Shown: piece by piece, positions 1 to 16,200 of the stretch | Layout: each line of letters starts with the position of its first letter | Position numbering within the stretch: the stretch's first letter is position 1 | NCBI RefSeq assembly: GCF_009914755.1 | Contig: NC_060940.1 | Direction: 5' to 3' (one strand) | Length of the DNA stretch: 64,000 nucleotides | Source: the human T2T-CHM13v2.0 reference genome, Homo sapiens | The notes under the pieces: model-generated | What the model saw: the letters and a program-made list of their open reading frames with translations, nothing else | Databases searched by the model: none | Told to the model about the DNA's origin: nothing | Program-made: the position numbers and the translations under genes

Positions 1-2321
1 CCGTAGAGCAGACATTAACTGTCCTGGAAGTGAGAGAGAATTGGACAAAGTCCATTCTGACTGCCGTTACTGGAGGAGAACTTTTGATTTAGACATTGGC
101 AGACTCCAGAAAAAGCTCGCCTCTCCGCCCTCCTCTGTTTCCTAAGAGGATGAGCCAAAGATATTGTTTAGGAGCTAATGCAAATGAGGTTTTCAGGCAG
201 AGGAGTGACAAGTGAGAGAAAAGCAAATGTCTCCTTTTGGCACTGGGCAATGACTAGTAGGACTATAAAAGAAATTGCTTTGTGGAACCACGACAAGAAT
301 GGTGCTCGATTTTCCTTGGAATTTCCACTTCTTCCAGAGCTATGGGATGGAAAGTGTTCACTCAGCTTTGAATAGGGATTCAAATGCCGGCTCCACCAGG
401 TATTACCTAAGTATGCTTGGATAGGTCATTTGAACGTTCTGAATATTATTTTCTTCATGTGGAAATTAAGACTAAAAATACAAAACCCATTTAACTCACA
501 CGATTGTGCCAGAAGTGGAATATTAATGTCTCCAATTTGGAAACTACATGTGCAGCTGTGACTAACACACTGTCAGGCACATAGTACATGTTCAATAATA
601 TGAATTCAGAAAGGAAAATTCCATTTAGGTTTAGACTCTCCTGGTGTTTGCCCCATCTTTTGCTTCTACCCTTAAGGTTCTGGAACCTTTCTTTTTGGAG
701 ATCATGCCTTCCAAAATGTTTACAGAAAAAAAAAAGAAACTTCCAGATTCTGGTGGCTTTGGACACCTTATCACCTCTGTGAATTCAAGAGATGCTGCAG
801 GAAAAGGCAGTGTGATTGTTCAAGCTCATCCCAAGTGAGAGGACTTGGCCAGCCTGTCTAGATGATTGAATCCCTTTCTTGATGAATGTCCTGGATGTTG
901 GGGTTTTATGTACTTCATTTTATGCGACTGGAGGAGGGAGCTAGGGACACTCCCTGCCCAGGTCTTCATGAAGCTCCAAGGTGAGAATCACTGCCAGATG
1001 ATTTCTGACCATCTTGTTCTTTTAGGAGCTAAGCTCTACCTCTCATTTGTATGGTTCTGGACTCATGCAACCCTTACAAATCCAGGGAGGATGAATTTTC
1101 CATCAGAGTCATAAAAGACTTCAGGCAGGAAGGACCTAGGGGATTGGCAAGACAGTCCTTACCCATGGAGCTCCACTAGCAGAAGGAAAGTCTACTCATG
1201 TCTGATTCTACAATCCTGTCTGCCTTAAGGTGATTCACAAATTGTTAGCAGTGGATGGGTGGAGAATTCAAGGGTTTCTGCTTGTGTTTTTACCACCCTC
1301 CATTCTGGCTAAATATAGTTGAGCTTCTGTGATAGTAATACATCTAAATACCAGATTTTTCTGCTATTACTGTGCCCAGGATCAACCCATCATTACCCTA
1401 TCCTTGGCCCTAACTGTGCAGACACCAGGTCTGCCAGGGTCCTTCCTCACTTTGGAATTTAAACCACAGTAATTGTTTCTTATTTATTTTTCCTTGCGTG
1501 GATTAAGGCTAACATCATCTGCTGCCTCTTGCTTCTCCTCTTGCACACTGAGAAGGTCGGAAGTCCGCATCCAGACTCAAGCATCGCTGGGCTTTTGTGT
1601 TGGGAGTATTTGAATGTCTTGCCCACGGAGAAAGAAAGGCCCCGCTCTCTGGGTCTCTTTGAGAGCACTGAGACACGAAGCCCTGGAGGCATTTCCTCAT
1701 GGGCAATCAAGGGAGAAGCAAAAGCCGATTTTTCTGTTTTCTGGCAGCAGCCTTTGCTTTCCCTCTCTCTCTGGGGAAATTAGCTTGCTGGCATGGACAG
1801 AGGGAAAATAAACAAGCCTAACCTGAAATATGCATTAGAGTTGAGCTATTTTTGGAGATTCCCAAGATTGAAAATGGCTGAAGGCTGACCAGTTCCCATC
1901 TGCCCTGAATTAACTTTCTGAGGTTTTGTGGGGAGAGTGAGGGGCCTGGGCATATCAGGACACTTAGCTGAGATTGGCATTGATTTGTGGATCTGAGCAA
2001 AAGAAATATGGCCATGAAGCATCTATTCCTCTTAGAGACTAGCTCAGAGATGAGATGGAGAAGGAAGCTGTGTCAGGATGGGTACAAGGGTTTGGAATTC
2101 AAGGGGAGCCTGGGACTTCCCTGTTACAATGTTGGTTGTGTTTTTTCCTGAGTAGCAAAGAAGTCTCAGTGCAGAGAGGGGAATGCAGGAGCCTGCTTCA
2201 TGGGCATGGGGTTTCCTTTTGGAGTGATGACAGTATACTAATCGCTGTTGATTTGCTCACTTTAAAATGGTTAAAAGAAAAAAGAAAAGAAAGAAAAAAG
2301 AAGGACATATGACAGGACCAT

Positions 2322-2639
<318 letters not shown>

Positions 2640-3243
2640 TCATTGAATAATCTCAACGTTTCTGCGAACTCCATGCTTTTCTGTGTAATGAGAATTTGTC
2701 AATTCTTCTCCCACAGCATTTTTAATCTTTGCTAACTGTGGAGTAAAAGCCCGACTTTTTAAAATTTTTGGCTAAAGATATTCTAGGCATGGGCTTTTAG
2801 GAAAGATAGTTTTTGAAGTGGGGGTGCTAAGAGGAGACTTTCCAGGAACCTTTGAAATCATCCCTGCCTCCCGTGATCCAGCCTCTCTCAGCTACAGGAA
2901 AAGGCCTTTCCCAGCAGCATGCTTGGTCTCAGCCCATTCAATATTTAAAATTACGTGCACAACATTTAACATATATAGGTACTGAACTTAAATGGATTCA
3001 ATTCAATTCAAATGGTTATATTGAGGAACTACTGTGTGCTGGGTGTTGTACTGGACCCTTTTAAAGAGGGGAGGAAGCAACATGAATCAGACCTCAGTCC
3101 AGGACCTCACCACTGAATTGCAGAAGACAGAATGTTATAAAGAAAACAGTCATGCTTCTGTCAGTTGTTAATCTGGACAAAGGATCTACTGTGTGCTGTG
3201 CCCTTAACATGGGCCATCTCATTCTGAGATAGCAATTGTTTTA

Positions 3244-3558
3244 TTTATGTATTTATGTATTTATTTATTTTTTATTTGAGTTGGAGTCTCACTCTGTTGC
3301 CCAGGCCATAGTGCAGTGGCTTAATCTGGGCTCACTGCAACCTCTGCCTCGCAGGTTCAAGTAATTCTCATGCCTCAGCCTACCAAGTAGCTGAGATTAC
3401 AGGCACCCACCACCATGCCTGGCTAATTTTTGTAATTTTAGTAGAGATGGAGTTTCACCATGTTGGCCAGGCTAGTCTCGAAGTCCTGACTTCAAGTGAT
3501 CTGCCCACCTTGGCCTCCCAAAGTGCTGGGATTAGAGGTGTGAGCCACCGCGCCTGGT
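3244..3558 (-). mobile_element. AluS inserted in a MIR
   Basis: Full antisense Alu dimer; TSD g(c/t)aattgtttta; MIR core resumes after it. Confidence 0.92.
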
Positions 3559-3825
3559 GTAATTGTTTTATTTCTAATTTATAGTGGAGGACACTGAGTC
3601 ACAACAGGTCAAGTCACCTGCTCTGAGCCTCGTGGCTGAGAAGCGGTCGGGCCAGGGCCGCAGCTCCCGACCACTGTGCTTGATTGCTTGTGTTTTGAGA
3701 GACAGCTCTGACCTCGCTACCAAAGAGTCATGAGAAGAGTTATGCTGGTAGAGGGGAGGGGGCGGTTCATTTTACAAGAGGAAGATCTTTCTCCATACCC
3801 TGTCCAACAAGACAGCATAAGCCAT

Positions 3826-4013
3826 GGGGCTGTGCTACGTAACATTGAATTATTAATAGTTTAAATAAAATTTTAATATTTAATTTCTCATAACACCAGC
3901 CACATTTCAAACACTTAGTAGCCACATGGGACCAGCGGCCCCCCTACATCGGACAGACCAGACATAGAACATTTCCGTCATTTCAGAAAGCGCTCTTGGA
4001 GAGCACAGATCTA
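3826..4013. mobile_element. MER33/MER3-like hAT fragment
   Basis: agccacatttcaa...gtagccacatg...gacatagaacatttccgtcat motif. Confidence 0.65.
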
Positions 4014-4184
4014 GACCTTTTATCCAACCTCAAGTTCTCGGTGGGTTCAAGCTCAGCTTTCTGTTGGTTCTTTATTCAGATGGTAACTGCAGTGTGACTG
4101 CACCTCTTATTTACAGAGGTGTTTGTTGTTGCCCGGGGTCTCTTCATAGCTCGCCATTTTTTCCTTTATAGTACTCTTCATTAT

Positions 4185-4704
4185 GTATATTAGTTTTATT
4201 TCTTTATTGCTGATGCAACAAATTACCACAAATGGGGTGGTGTAAGATGCAAATTTACTATCTTATAGTACTGGGAGTCAGAAGTCTGAAAAGGATCTCA
4301 CAAGTCACATCTGGGTTAACATCAAGGGGTAGGCAGGGCTGTGTTTCTTTCTGGAGTCTCTGGGGGAGGATCTGTTTCCTCCCTTTTTCAGCTTCCAAAG
4401 GCCACCCACATTCCTTGGCTCATGGCCCCTTCCTTGGACTTCACAGCCAGCAATGGGCAGTTGAATCCTTCTCTCCGCTCATCACTCCAACTTACTCTCC
4501 TGCCTCCCTCTTCCACATTTAGGGTCCCTTCTGATTACATTGGGCCCACTTTGATGATCCAGAATAATCTCTGTATTTTAAGGTCGGCTGACTAGCAAAC
4601 TTAATTTCATCTTAATTTCCCTTTGCCATATAATGCAGTATATTCACAGGTTCTGGGGATTAAGATGTGGATGTCTTTGGGAGGCCATTGTTCTGCCTCC
4701 CATA
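4185..4704 (-). mobile_element. MLT1D-like MaLR solo LTR
   Basis: acaaattaccacaaa...ggagtcagaagtctg...cattccttggctcatggcccc...ggggattaagatgtggatgtctttgg. Confidence 0.8.
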
Positions 4705-5713
4705 CCATCTAACATTCTAGGAGGAAGCACAGGAAAATAAATAGAACCCATGGATGTGGGGGAGGAGTGGCAGGTGAGAGGCCAGGCTTTGTGATTTGAA
4801 AAGCTGTGGTGGATGGTGGTGATAAGAGGAGGGGCTTTCTGGAGCTGACTGCCTGGCTTGGAATCTCCCATTGTGCTCTTGCATATAGACATCTTCAAGC
4901 CTCAGTTTCCTCACCTGTAAATGGAGAAAATGCAGGATGCCTCCCTCACAGAGTCATGGGGAGGATTAGAAAAGATAATGCATGTGAAGCTTTGGCAGAT
5001 AGTAAATCTTCAAATGTCAGTTACCATTTGGAAGCTAAAAATGCCTTCACATTATGGCATATATGCATTCTAGCTTTGAAAATAGATCCACATTCCATTT
5101 TTGTCAGGAAACATTCTGTTCCCCATCCCTGTGTGTGTGGTGGCCCCTTGGAGTGGGGTGGTTGTGAACGCTGTGTGGTAGGAAGCTCTACCTGTTCAGA
5201 AGGCGTGATGGAAGGCAGATGACCCAGAGAGTCTCCTTCTGTAGTATGCTAATAGGCTTGAAGTCTTGAAGGCCAGAAGCATGTTATTCTTCTACAAACC
5301 TAATAGAAATACTTTTATCATTCTGAGCACAATGAAATGAGCTAGAATGGATGTATTTCAATAAATTCCTAGAATTCCAGGGTCAGAAGGGAATCTATTT
5401 GGATTATTGTAATGATGCTTGTGTACTGTCTGTAATAGCCTGCTAAAATAGTTACCCATGTTTAAATGACCTAAAGATAGCAATTTCACTATATTTTAAG
5501 TAAAACATTTTCATTGAATAGGCAATAAATGTACATGGTGCAAAATGTAAAAGAATATATAGACCCAGCCATGCAGTTTTACTCCAGTTCCAACTATTGG
5601 TCTTGGCTTCTCCTGTGTCCTCCAGATGTATCCTGTGATATATCCTGTGCACTTACAGCCTATGCACTTCTGCCTTGCCTATACTTCTCCCTGCCTCCCT
5701 GCACCAGTGGTAG

Positions 5714-7040
<1,327 letters not shown>

Positions 7041-7994
7041 GTGATTTTCCACCCTTTGAGATGCCTCATTTTGTTTCTGAGCTCTAATACTCTTTGTCCC
7101 AAGTCCTCAAAAGCATGAAGAAGGAAGCTCCTGTTTGGTTGACAGGATTGTAGACTTTTCAGTGGCTTCTATTTGGGACCAAACTCATGCTTGGGATGGT
7201 GACTTATTAGAAAGAAGGGAATGAGGGTTAGAAAATTTCTCCCGATCATTAAGCCCAATCATCTTCTTTCAGAATTCAGAGGTTTCAAATTGCTGCATTA
7301 AAGAGATAGAATGAAAAATGAGTTGAACTCTGTAATGGAGAACAGGTTGATGGTAATAATGATAATATTGGTGATCGTAAACCACCATCCTGCTGGTGCT
7401 GGGCAGCTTAAATATGTTATCTTATTGATTCTTACACCAAGTGATACATTAACATTTTTTATTTCCATATTACATAAGAAGGAAGTGGAGATGATACAAA
7501 GTAGAGAAGGGATTACGACCCATGTATAACCAAATTCAAACTCAGGATTCCTATTTACTCTGTATTGTAGGATCTTTGGCACAGTATAACCAATGAAATC
7601 ACATTTTGTTCACTTATTCTCTCCTTCATTAATCATTTCATAATTCCTTTGCAGCCTTTGGTTATTATTAATAGGAATGAGAAAATTACATACTTTCAGA
7701 CACAGGCAGGTAACATAAATGAATAAAGTTGCCCAGGTGGGATATGGAAGGAAGTGGTGAAGGCTGTGCCAAATGAGAGAGTACATGACATGTCTTCAGT
7801 TGACCCTACTCATTGTTGCTGGTGGAGAAAGGTGAGCCTAGTGTTGCCCAATCTTGAGATTCTTAAGATGCACCAGACATCTATATTTTTATATGAAACC
7901 TTCCATTTTTTGCATGCCAACAAATTATAAAGACAATCAATGTATATTCTTTAAAGCTTGCTACTTAATTCTGAAAGTCTTTGTAGATAATACA

Positions 7995-8560
7995 TTAAAC
8001 AAATGGATATTTATTCAACTGAATATGACTCTGCAATGGCAAGGAAGGAAATTACTGATACCTACACAAAGCATGAATGAATCTCGGAAGCACAAGGCTG
8101 AGCAGAAGAAGCCAGACACAAAGAGCACATATGACAGGTGTCCATTTACTTGAAGTTCTAGAACAAGCAAAATTGACCTATCATGAGACCAGGGATCAGC
8201 TGGGAAGAAGGGAGTGAGGTACCTTCAGGGTGCTAGTAATATTCTCTAGCTTGATAGAGGTTTAAATTATACTGTTACATGCATTTGTCAAAACTCAGTG
8301 GATGAATACTTAAAATGTGTATATTTCAACCTGTGTAAGTTGCATACAAAAAACCTGCAAACAAATATTGGAGTCTAGTTACTGAAAATCATGCTGAAGT
8401 ATTTAGGTGGAAGTATACTGACATCTGCAATATATTTTGAAATGAACCAAAAGTAAGATGGATTGATGGATGGACAGATATGTGATACACCAAGTTCAGT
8501 AAAATGTTAATGATTCAATGTTGCTCTGTGTTGAAAAGTTTCATAATAAAATATTGGGAA
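7995..8560 (+). mobile_element. Old L1M (MC/ME) 3' end
   Basis: atgaatgaatctc...gaagccagacacaaag...gcatttgtcaaaactca. Confidence 0.7.
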
Positions 8561-8601
8561 AAATTAGCAAAAACCCAATTAAAAAACTATGTATGTGTTC
8601 A

Positions 8602-8602
<1 letters not shown>

Positions 8603-8643
<41 letters not shown>

Positions 8644-8648
8644 ACACA
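8603..8648. repeat. (CA)n microsatellite
   Basis: ~23 CA units with one TA interruption. Confidence 0.97.
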
Positions 8649-9559
8649 CCCACCCCTGTGGAACTAGGTCTGGTTTCTGGGAACCAATTTTCAGTAGTCT
8701 TTAACTTTTGCATTATATCATCATACTTCTCTGCCACTCTATTACATGGTGTAACCTCAGAAGTCGATTATAAGGGGATTGTTCCTGCAGCTCCAAGCTC
8801 TTTGTTCTTCCATCCACTTTGCATGGATGGATCTGGCATGCATGATAGATCTGGCATGGTTTAGTGAGTGAAGGTATGAGAAAATCCATCACCTGATGAC
8901 ATCATTAACATTTCTCCAACATGACCTGTCTGAGATAAAAGCACAGCCTGGCCTTCTTGTCATTAATCAAGGGAAAAGACCAAAACCATTTTGGCCACAC
9001 AGCTCCTTAGCCCCTTCTGGTAATCCATCTTGCTGCATCGACACTCTCTTTCCAGTCAGCATTTAAATTCAGAGGGAATGAAGATTAGCCCAGAGCAGTC
9101 TCTTCATTAGAGAAGAGGGTTTATGAAGAGTGTTTGCAGCCTTTAAAACTGTTCCCTGTGTCGGTTGAGCACACACAACTTTCACTTATTAGTAGCATTT
9201 CAGAGCAAGTGGCCATGTCTGAGCTGAATACCCACCGGGTGCCCTTGGCTGGGCTTAGAATTATGACCAAGCAGTGTCAGAGTCTTGGTGGTACTGCCAG
9301 AACTGCAGGGAGAAAGGAACAGGGGGAGTGGTTTCTCCTCTAAATACACTCTCTAAAAGTGGCACCTTTTCAATAATTTTAAAAGGCAATTTATTATCAT
9401 AGTAGTTAAGACTATGATGAATACAAATTAGAGAAAGCAAAGGTCAGTCTTGTAAATATATCATTGATGCATCAGAGGTCAAACCTGGAGACATTTACAG
9501 ATTGCAATAAAAAGGCAGCACCTTTTAAAATGGGCTTTTCCCCATGTTAGCTGAATTAT

Positions 9560-9910
9560 TACTGGAATGCTCACTCCTTCTTCTTGGAAAATAATAATGC
9601 TTTAGTTCCCTGCATGATGTCATGATTTTGACTTGCTTTGGCCAACGAAATGCAAGCAGAAGTGACAGGAGTCTCTTCCAAGTAGCTGATTTAAGAGCCA
9701 TGTCCTCTTTTCCCTCTGCCAAAGCAATGTCCCAGATTGTGGCTGCTCCAGCAGCCTATGTCCCAGGGAGAAGAGATGTGGATCACAGCCACAGCTGACC
9801 CTGATGGACGTGCAGTAGGAGCAAGAAACAATTACTTCATATTGTTATATCACTGAGTTTTTGGGGTCATTTGTTGCTGCTGCATAACCTGCCTTTCCCT
9901 GACTGATACA
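9560..9910 (+). mobile_element. MLT1J-like MaLR LTR
   Basis: gacttgctttggccaa...ggctgctccagcagcc...cctgactgataca terminus. Confidence 0.7.
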
Positions 9911-10664
9911 CTCACTAGCCAGCAAAGCAGTTCTCCTCCTATCCAAGTCTCCCAGAGACAATCCTTTTGACATGACAACTTCTTCATACAACTTCGACCA
10001 GTTTTGAAATAATGAGAATTACACAGTGTAAACTATCCTAGATAAAGCAATTTAGGTGTAATGACGTGTGGGGAGGGTGGTTGTCAAAAGAAGCAGCTAT
10101 GTGGACTAGTGGCGATGAGGGTGGCTATTAGGGTCAAGGGACCACAGGGCAGTATGGAGCAGTCATCTAGAATTTGACAGACTGAGCTTGAGTCCCGGAC
10201 CTACTCTTCACTAGCTGTGTGGCTTTGAACAAAACCTTTGGCCTCTCTAACATTCCCTTTGTAGCTAGTAGATGGGGTTGTTATGAACTGAGTTATATGA
10301 AAGGATGAGGTCAATTGTAAGGCCTACTGTTGGGGTGGTGGTTGTTAATTTCTTTCTCCTCCTCTTCTTCTTTCTCTTTTTTCTCCTCCTCTTCTTTTTC
10401 CTCCTCCTCTTCCTCATTGGCTTGAATAACAGTAGGGAGGAAGGTGGGAGATTGGAGGTATAGCATGAATAAGACAGGGTGCACCTAGTGACTCAGAGGG
10501 CTCCAGCCTCTTCCAAGGAGGGGCCATGTGTTTGAAGTTTCTGGGGGACATATTTAGATGACAACTCTGCCACTTGCTAGCTGTTTTCACCTTTCTTGAG
10601 GGCATGGGCCAAAGGGAAGTTTGATGAAGACATAGATCTTGCTTCAAAAAAATTGTTTTAAAGT

Positions 10665-11336
<672 letters not shown>

Positions 11337-11749
11337 CACCAACTTAATTTTCTTGAGGAAGTCACACTTCTCTGAGCCTCAGTGTCCTCATTTGGAAAGT
11401 GGGTGCATAGCCTTTGATGTTTTTCCTAAGCATGGGACTCCGTTACTCTACAGTGAGCAGTCCTTATGGGGCCTTGATTCATTGGATAATAAGGTTTGAA
11501 GAAGACTGAGCACATCTTTCTGACCCCTTCTCACTCCAAATCCCATGAAATAACAAGAGAGGGAGGGGAGACAGAGGATATGAGAGTGAATATACAGCAA
11601 CAGACTGGAAAACAAGAAAAAGTAGCAGAATAGCATCAACAAACCAGGATTCTTGAGGAATCCCTAACAGATCAAAACCAGATCATGCATTTGGAGAAAG
11701 AGCCATTGCAAACCACAGCCTAAAACATATTTAAAAGAATATCTAATTT

Positions 11750-11980
11750 TAAGGAGCTCTTTGTGCCAAGCACGATGTTAAGCTTTGTACTTGCATTATC
11801 TACTATAATTCTCACAATATCCCTCTGACGTAGTTTTTGCTAGTACTTCCATTTTATAGATAGAGAAACTAACGCCCAGTGGGTTGAGGTATTTTGCCCA
11901 AGATCACACAACCAGAGAGCGACAGAGCCAAGATGTTGGGCTGCCTGGCTTCAAAGCCTGTAGTCTTGTTCACTGCACTC
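11750..11980 (-). mobile_element. MIR
   Basis: ccattttatagatagagaaact...ttgcccaagatcacaca core. Confidence 0.75.
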
Positions 11981-12969
11981 TCCCAGGTTAGTTAATTGCT
12001 GCATTTAATTCTTACGCAAGAAGGAGCCTTTCTTTTTTTTAAAATCCTGCTAGAATCTGTAGGCTTAAGAAACTAGGACAAAAACTGTTCTGGCACCACT
12101 TCTAGGTTTGGGAAGAGCTTAAGCTGCACCACGCCATTTTGGGGCCAATGAAGTCTTCATCACCCCCGGCTCTGGGTTAGCAATGCAGGCGGGAGCTGTC
12201 TGGCTCTGGGGGCTGTCGGGAAAACCCACGCTAATCCGTTCAGGAATATCTGCGCTGGAACACAATTACCTCACCGTTTCTCTTCAGTTCTTTTCTGAAC
12301 ACCATTTGCCCTAAAAATACTCTTTGACATTATGCACAAACATTGAAGAGACATTTATTTGGCCCTGACCTTTGACGGTTCCTGTTAAAAGAGATTCAGT
12401 GACACACAAATGGGACTGAATTATTTATAGATCCCAGGGGAAATCAACGTTGCTTTTATCCCTATTGAAAGTGCATGGAAGGCCAAAAAGTGCGAAATTA
12501 GCTTTGGCTCCTTACTGAGGGACTCCAACTAGACTCGAGGGTGCTTATGAAAGTTATGGGCGCTCTCCATGGTTAGATCTTTGGAAATATGCATAACCCT
12601 GGGCTGTTGTTCCTTTCAAGTATTTTGAAGACAAAGGTCTATACCCTTTTCGTAAGAAGCTACCATGATGAGCAAGGTGTAAGGAGTATCTGGAGGCTTA
12701 AATAACCCATGAGATTCACTTATGAATTTATTACATCAACTGAATACAAATTGGACACTGCTTGATGCTGGGCACTGAAGAGAAAGGGATAAATTCATTA
12801 ATGCAGTTGTCCAAAGATTCAACCCATATTTAGTGTCTTTCTGGGCAGGTTGTTTCAGGCATTGGATGCATGTAACAAGACTGACAAGGTCCTGTTTTCA
12901 TGATTAAGATACCCTTCCTATCCTGAAGGAACTCAGCATAATGAGTGCCTGATAAGAATAATAATAATA

Positions 12970-13269
<300 letters not shown>

Positions 13270-16200
13270 TCATCATCATCATCCACATTTATTGAACGCT
13301 TACTGTTTGCCAGGCACTGCCCTAAATGTTTTTCATGTATTAACTCAATGAATCGGCCTAAGTACTCAATGAGATAAGAATTGCTAATATCATTCCCATT
13401 TCATGGTTAAAGATAATAAAACACACAGTGTTTAAATAACCTGCTCAAAGAGTCAAATTTCAGAAGTTTTAAGGCTGTAATTCAGACCCAGGCAGTCAGC
13501 TTGCATGTAATCTGTGCCATTGTAGAGGTGTCTATGAGAGCTGTAGGGCTCAGAGGCACAGGGCTCTCTGTCAGTGAAGGAAGAGGTGTCTGAACTGAGT
13601 CTTCAAAGATGAGAAGTTTCCAGGTACCCAAAGTGGGACAGAAAGAACAGGCCATTTAACCTCTCTGAACTGCATTTCCTCACCTTAGGATGTAAGGTTT
13701 TTAAGAGGAATGAATGAGAAATCATAAGTATAGGCCTTCTTTGAGGTGCCCAAGGGCAGAAGCTGAGCAGCACAGCTCTTTCTCTCTCTCTCTCTTCCTT
13801 CTTTCTGCATTTAGAGCCCCTAGTCTGCTGCCCCAGAGAATCTCCAACCTCAACCCAAGGTGTCCAGCCCCTCAGCTTTCAGGGCTGCCAGGCATCTGAT
13901 GAAGATATACTTTTCTGCATGAGCTGTAATGTGAAAACCTACAATGGGAAAACAGAAGGCACTCAATGCCTACTTTTCAATTGTTTATTTATCTTTATGT
14001 GCAGGATGGGGCAGAATTTGCTCCAGAACCAAGTTCTTGAAGCCTCTATTTGGGGGTTGGGAGGCCATAAACATGGCCAGACCTGCACATCACCAGCCAG
14101 TTTTATCAACCTGGGGTAATTCTCCGTGACACCAAGTTTAGGTTTTATTCTCTTTGACTGTCTGGTGAATAAAAATTAGAAGGTTGGGAGTTTCCTTCTG
14201 GGGAAGTGTGCTACCTTTCTAACCATTTTAATATATAAACAAGATCTTCAGTGGGAGAGAAGGGAGCCAGCTCTGAGCTTCAGAGGGGCCCAGGGAAGTT
14301 GCACAGGGGGAGGCCATATTTGCATTGACCTTAAAGACCATTTTATAGCAGACAGCAAGTACTCACCCTGGGGTTCCACTTCCTAGGAAAGCATTCTTCC
14401 CCTATGAACAGGGCAGAACGTGTGTCTTTTCTCCCAAAGAAGGAAGAGAATCCATGTTGTTTGTGTGAGTGTGGGGTACCTACTGAGATAAAATCCCAAG
14501 TCATCTTTACTGGGACCCAGAGATAAGTTCCAGATCTCCACGGTTGTAGGCAGAAGGGATTTATCCTGGCTTTTGAGGTTGAGGGTGTGAAAATTATGCT
14601 TGTTTTGTATCCTTTCTTGCAGCTAAAGTGCTGGAAGTGGAATGTGTGGGAGAAGGTGCTTTCTCGGGGAGGGAGGGCATTGTGGAGGGGAAGGAGGCTA
14701 TTTTAGTGCCTCTGATTCCGGTGGACCCAGGGCATCAGAAACTCTACACCCAGGATAAGGGATAATGACAATAGCAGGATTCTGGAGCTATCGTTGCTGC
14801 CCATGTCTCATATGGTTGTTACTTTTCATCTGATTTTCCTTAAGGATTGGCAGAGAAACCCCTACTGCCTTTCAAAACAGCTGGGACACCGTAGCAAGCA
14901 CGTTAGTAGAATTCCAGTGGAAAGGAGAATGGCCAGGGAATAATAGAGTGTGTGTGTATTGGGGCGGTGACAGTTCTAAAATAAATAAGGATAACACACA
15001 CCAATCGGTGGATGAGAAGCACTTTCTTGTTCTTCCCTGTCACACCAGGGCCTGCCACAGTTTCTGGTATATAGGAGGTATTTGAAAATACTTTTTTGAA
15101 GTGTGAATTCAAACAGAGCAATGGGATTATAATAACATTAGTGACTGGTAGCTATTGAATTATCAGTATGTGCTAGGAATGGTGAAAATGCTTTATCATT
15201 AACAAACCTGTGAAGTGTTATTATCAATCCCATTTTACATACGTTAAAACAGAGTCCCACAGGTTTTACAGAACATGCTCAATGCCACAGAGCTCATAAA
15301 TGGCCTGAATTCCCAACCTTGGCTTGTCTGATTCCAGAGTTGGGCTCTTCACTGCCAGGCTACAACATAGAAAAGGTAGAGCAGAAACACAGTATATGAA
15401 ACACACAGCTGACAATATTTAAGGGAAAGTGAAAAGGAGTAAAGAAAAAACAACTTCATTCACATAGTAATGGACGTTTTTTTTTTTTTGGTAGAAAAAA
15501 TTTTGAACTCCATCCTGTTGTGTATAAAATAAATTGGAGATGGATTCAAAAGTGACATGCAAAATATAAACCTTTATAAAAGCTCTTATATATGAACAGA
15601 AATGCAGGAAGGAATTACGGAAAAAAGTGGGTAAAAATTATGAGTGAATTTATTTTTTTCTTACTTTATTGTACTATTAAATTTTTCTCCAATAAGAATG
15701 TGATATTTTAAAAACTTGGAAATACACAATAAATCAATCTGCTTTCCATTCTTTTTTTCCTCAAGGGAAAAAAAAGATGGAAATAATGGAAAGTGGATAG
15801 AAAAAAAAGATGGAAAGAATGGAAAGGGGATTGATTTATTGTGTATTATTTATTCCAATTGTGTATTTATTTACTGTATATTTATTCCAATTTATTGTGT
15901 ATTTATTCCAATAATTTAGTTCCATCTCCGTCTTTGATTCCAATCCCCATCTCTTTCTCCTCTCCTCCTTCCTTTTTGCCCTCCTTTTTTCTGTCTCATT
16001 TAAGCCCAGGTCCACTGGCCCACCCAGTCTACCACTCTGTCCAGTCCCTCTAGAAAGATTGTTCTGCTTTAGTGCCACAGCTCTCAAGTGTTTCAAACGT
16101 TGCAGAGCCTCTCAGTTTTGACTTCTGAAAATTGCAGTGAAGTTCCTCTTCTTAACACAGCCACATGATGTTTTTCACATTTTTAGATCACTCTTGTGGA

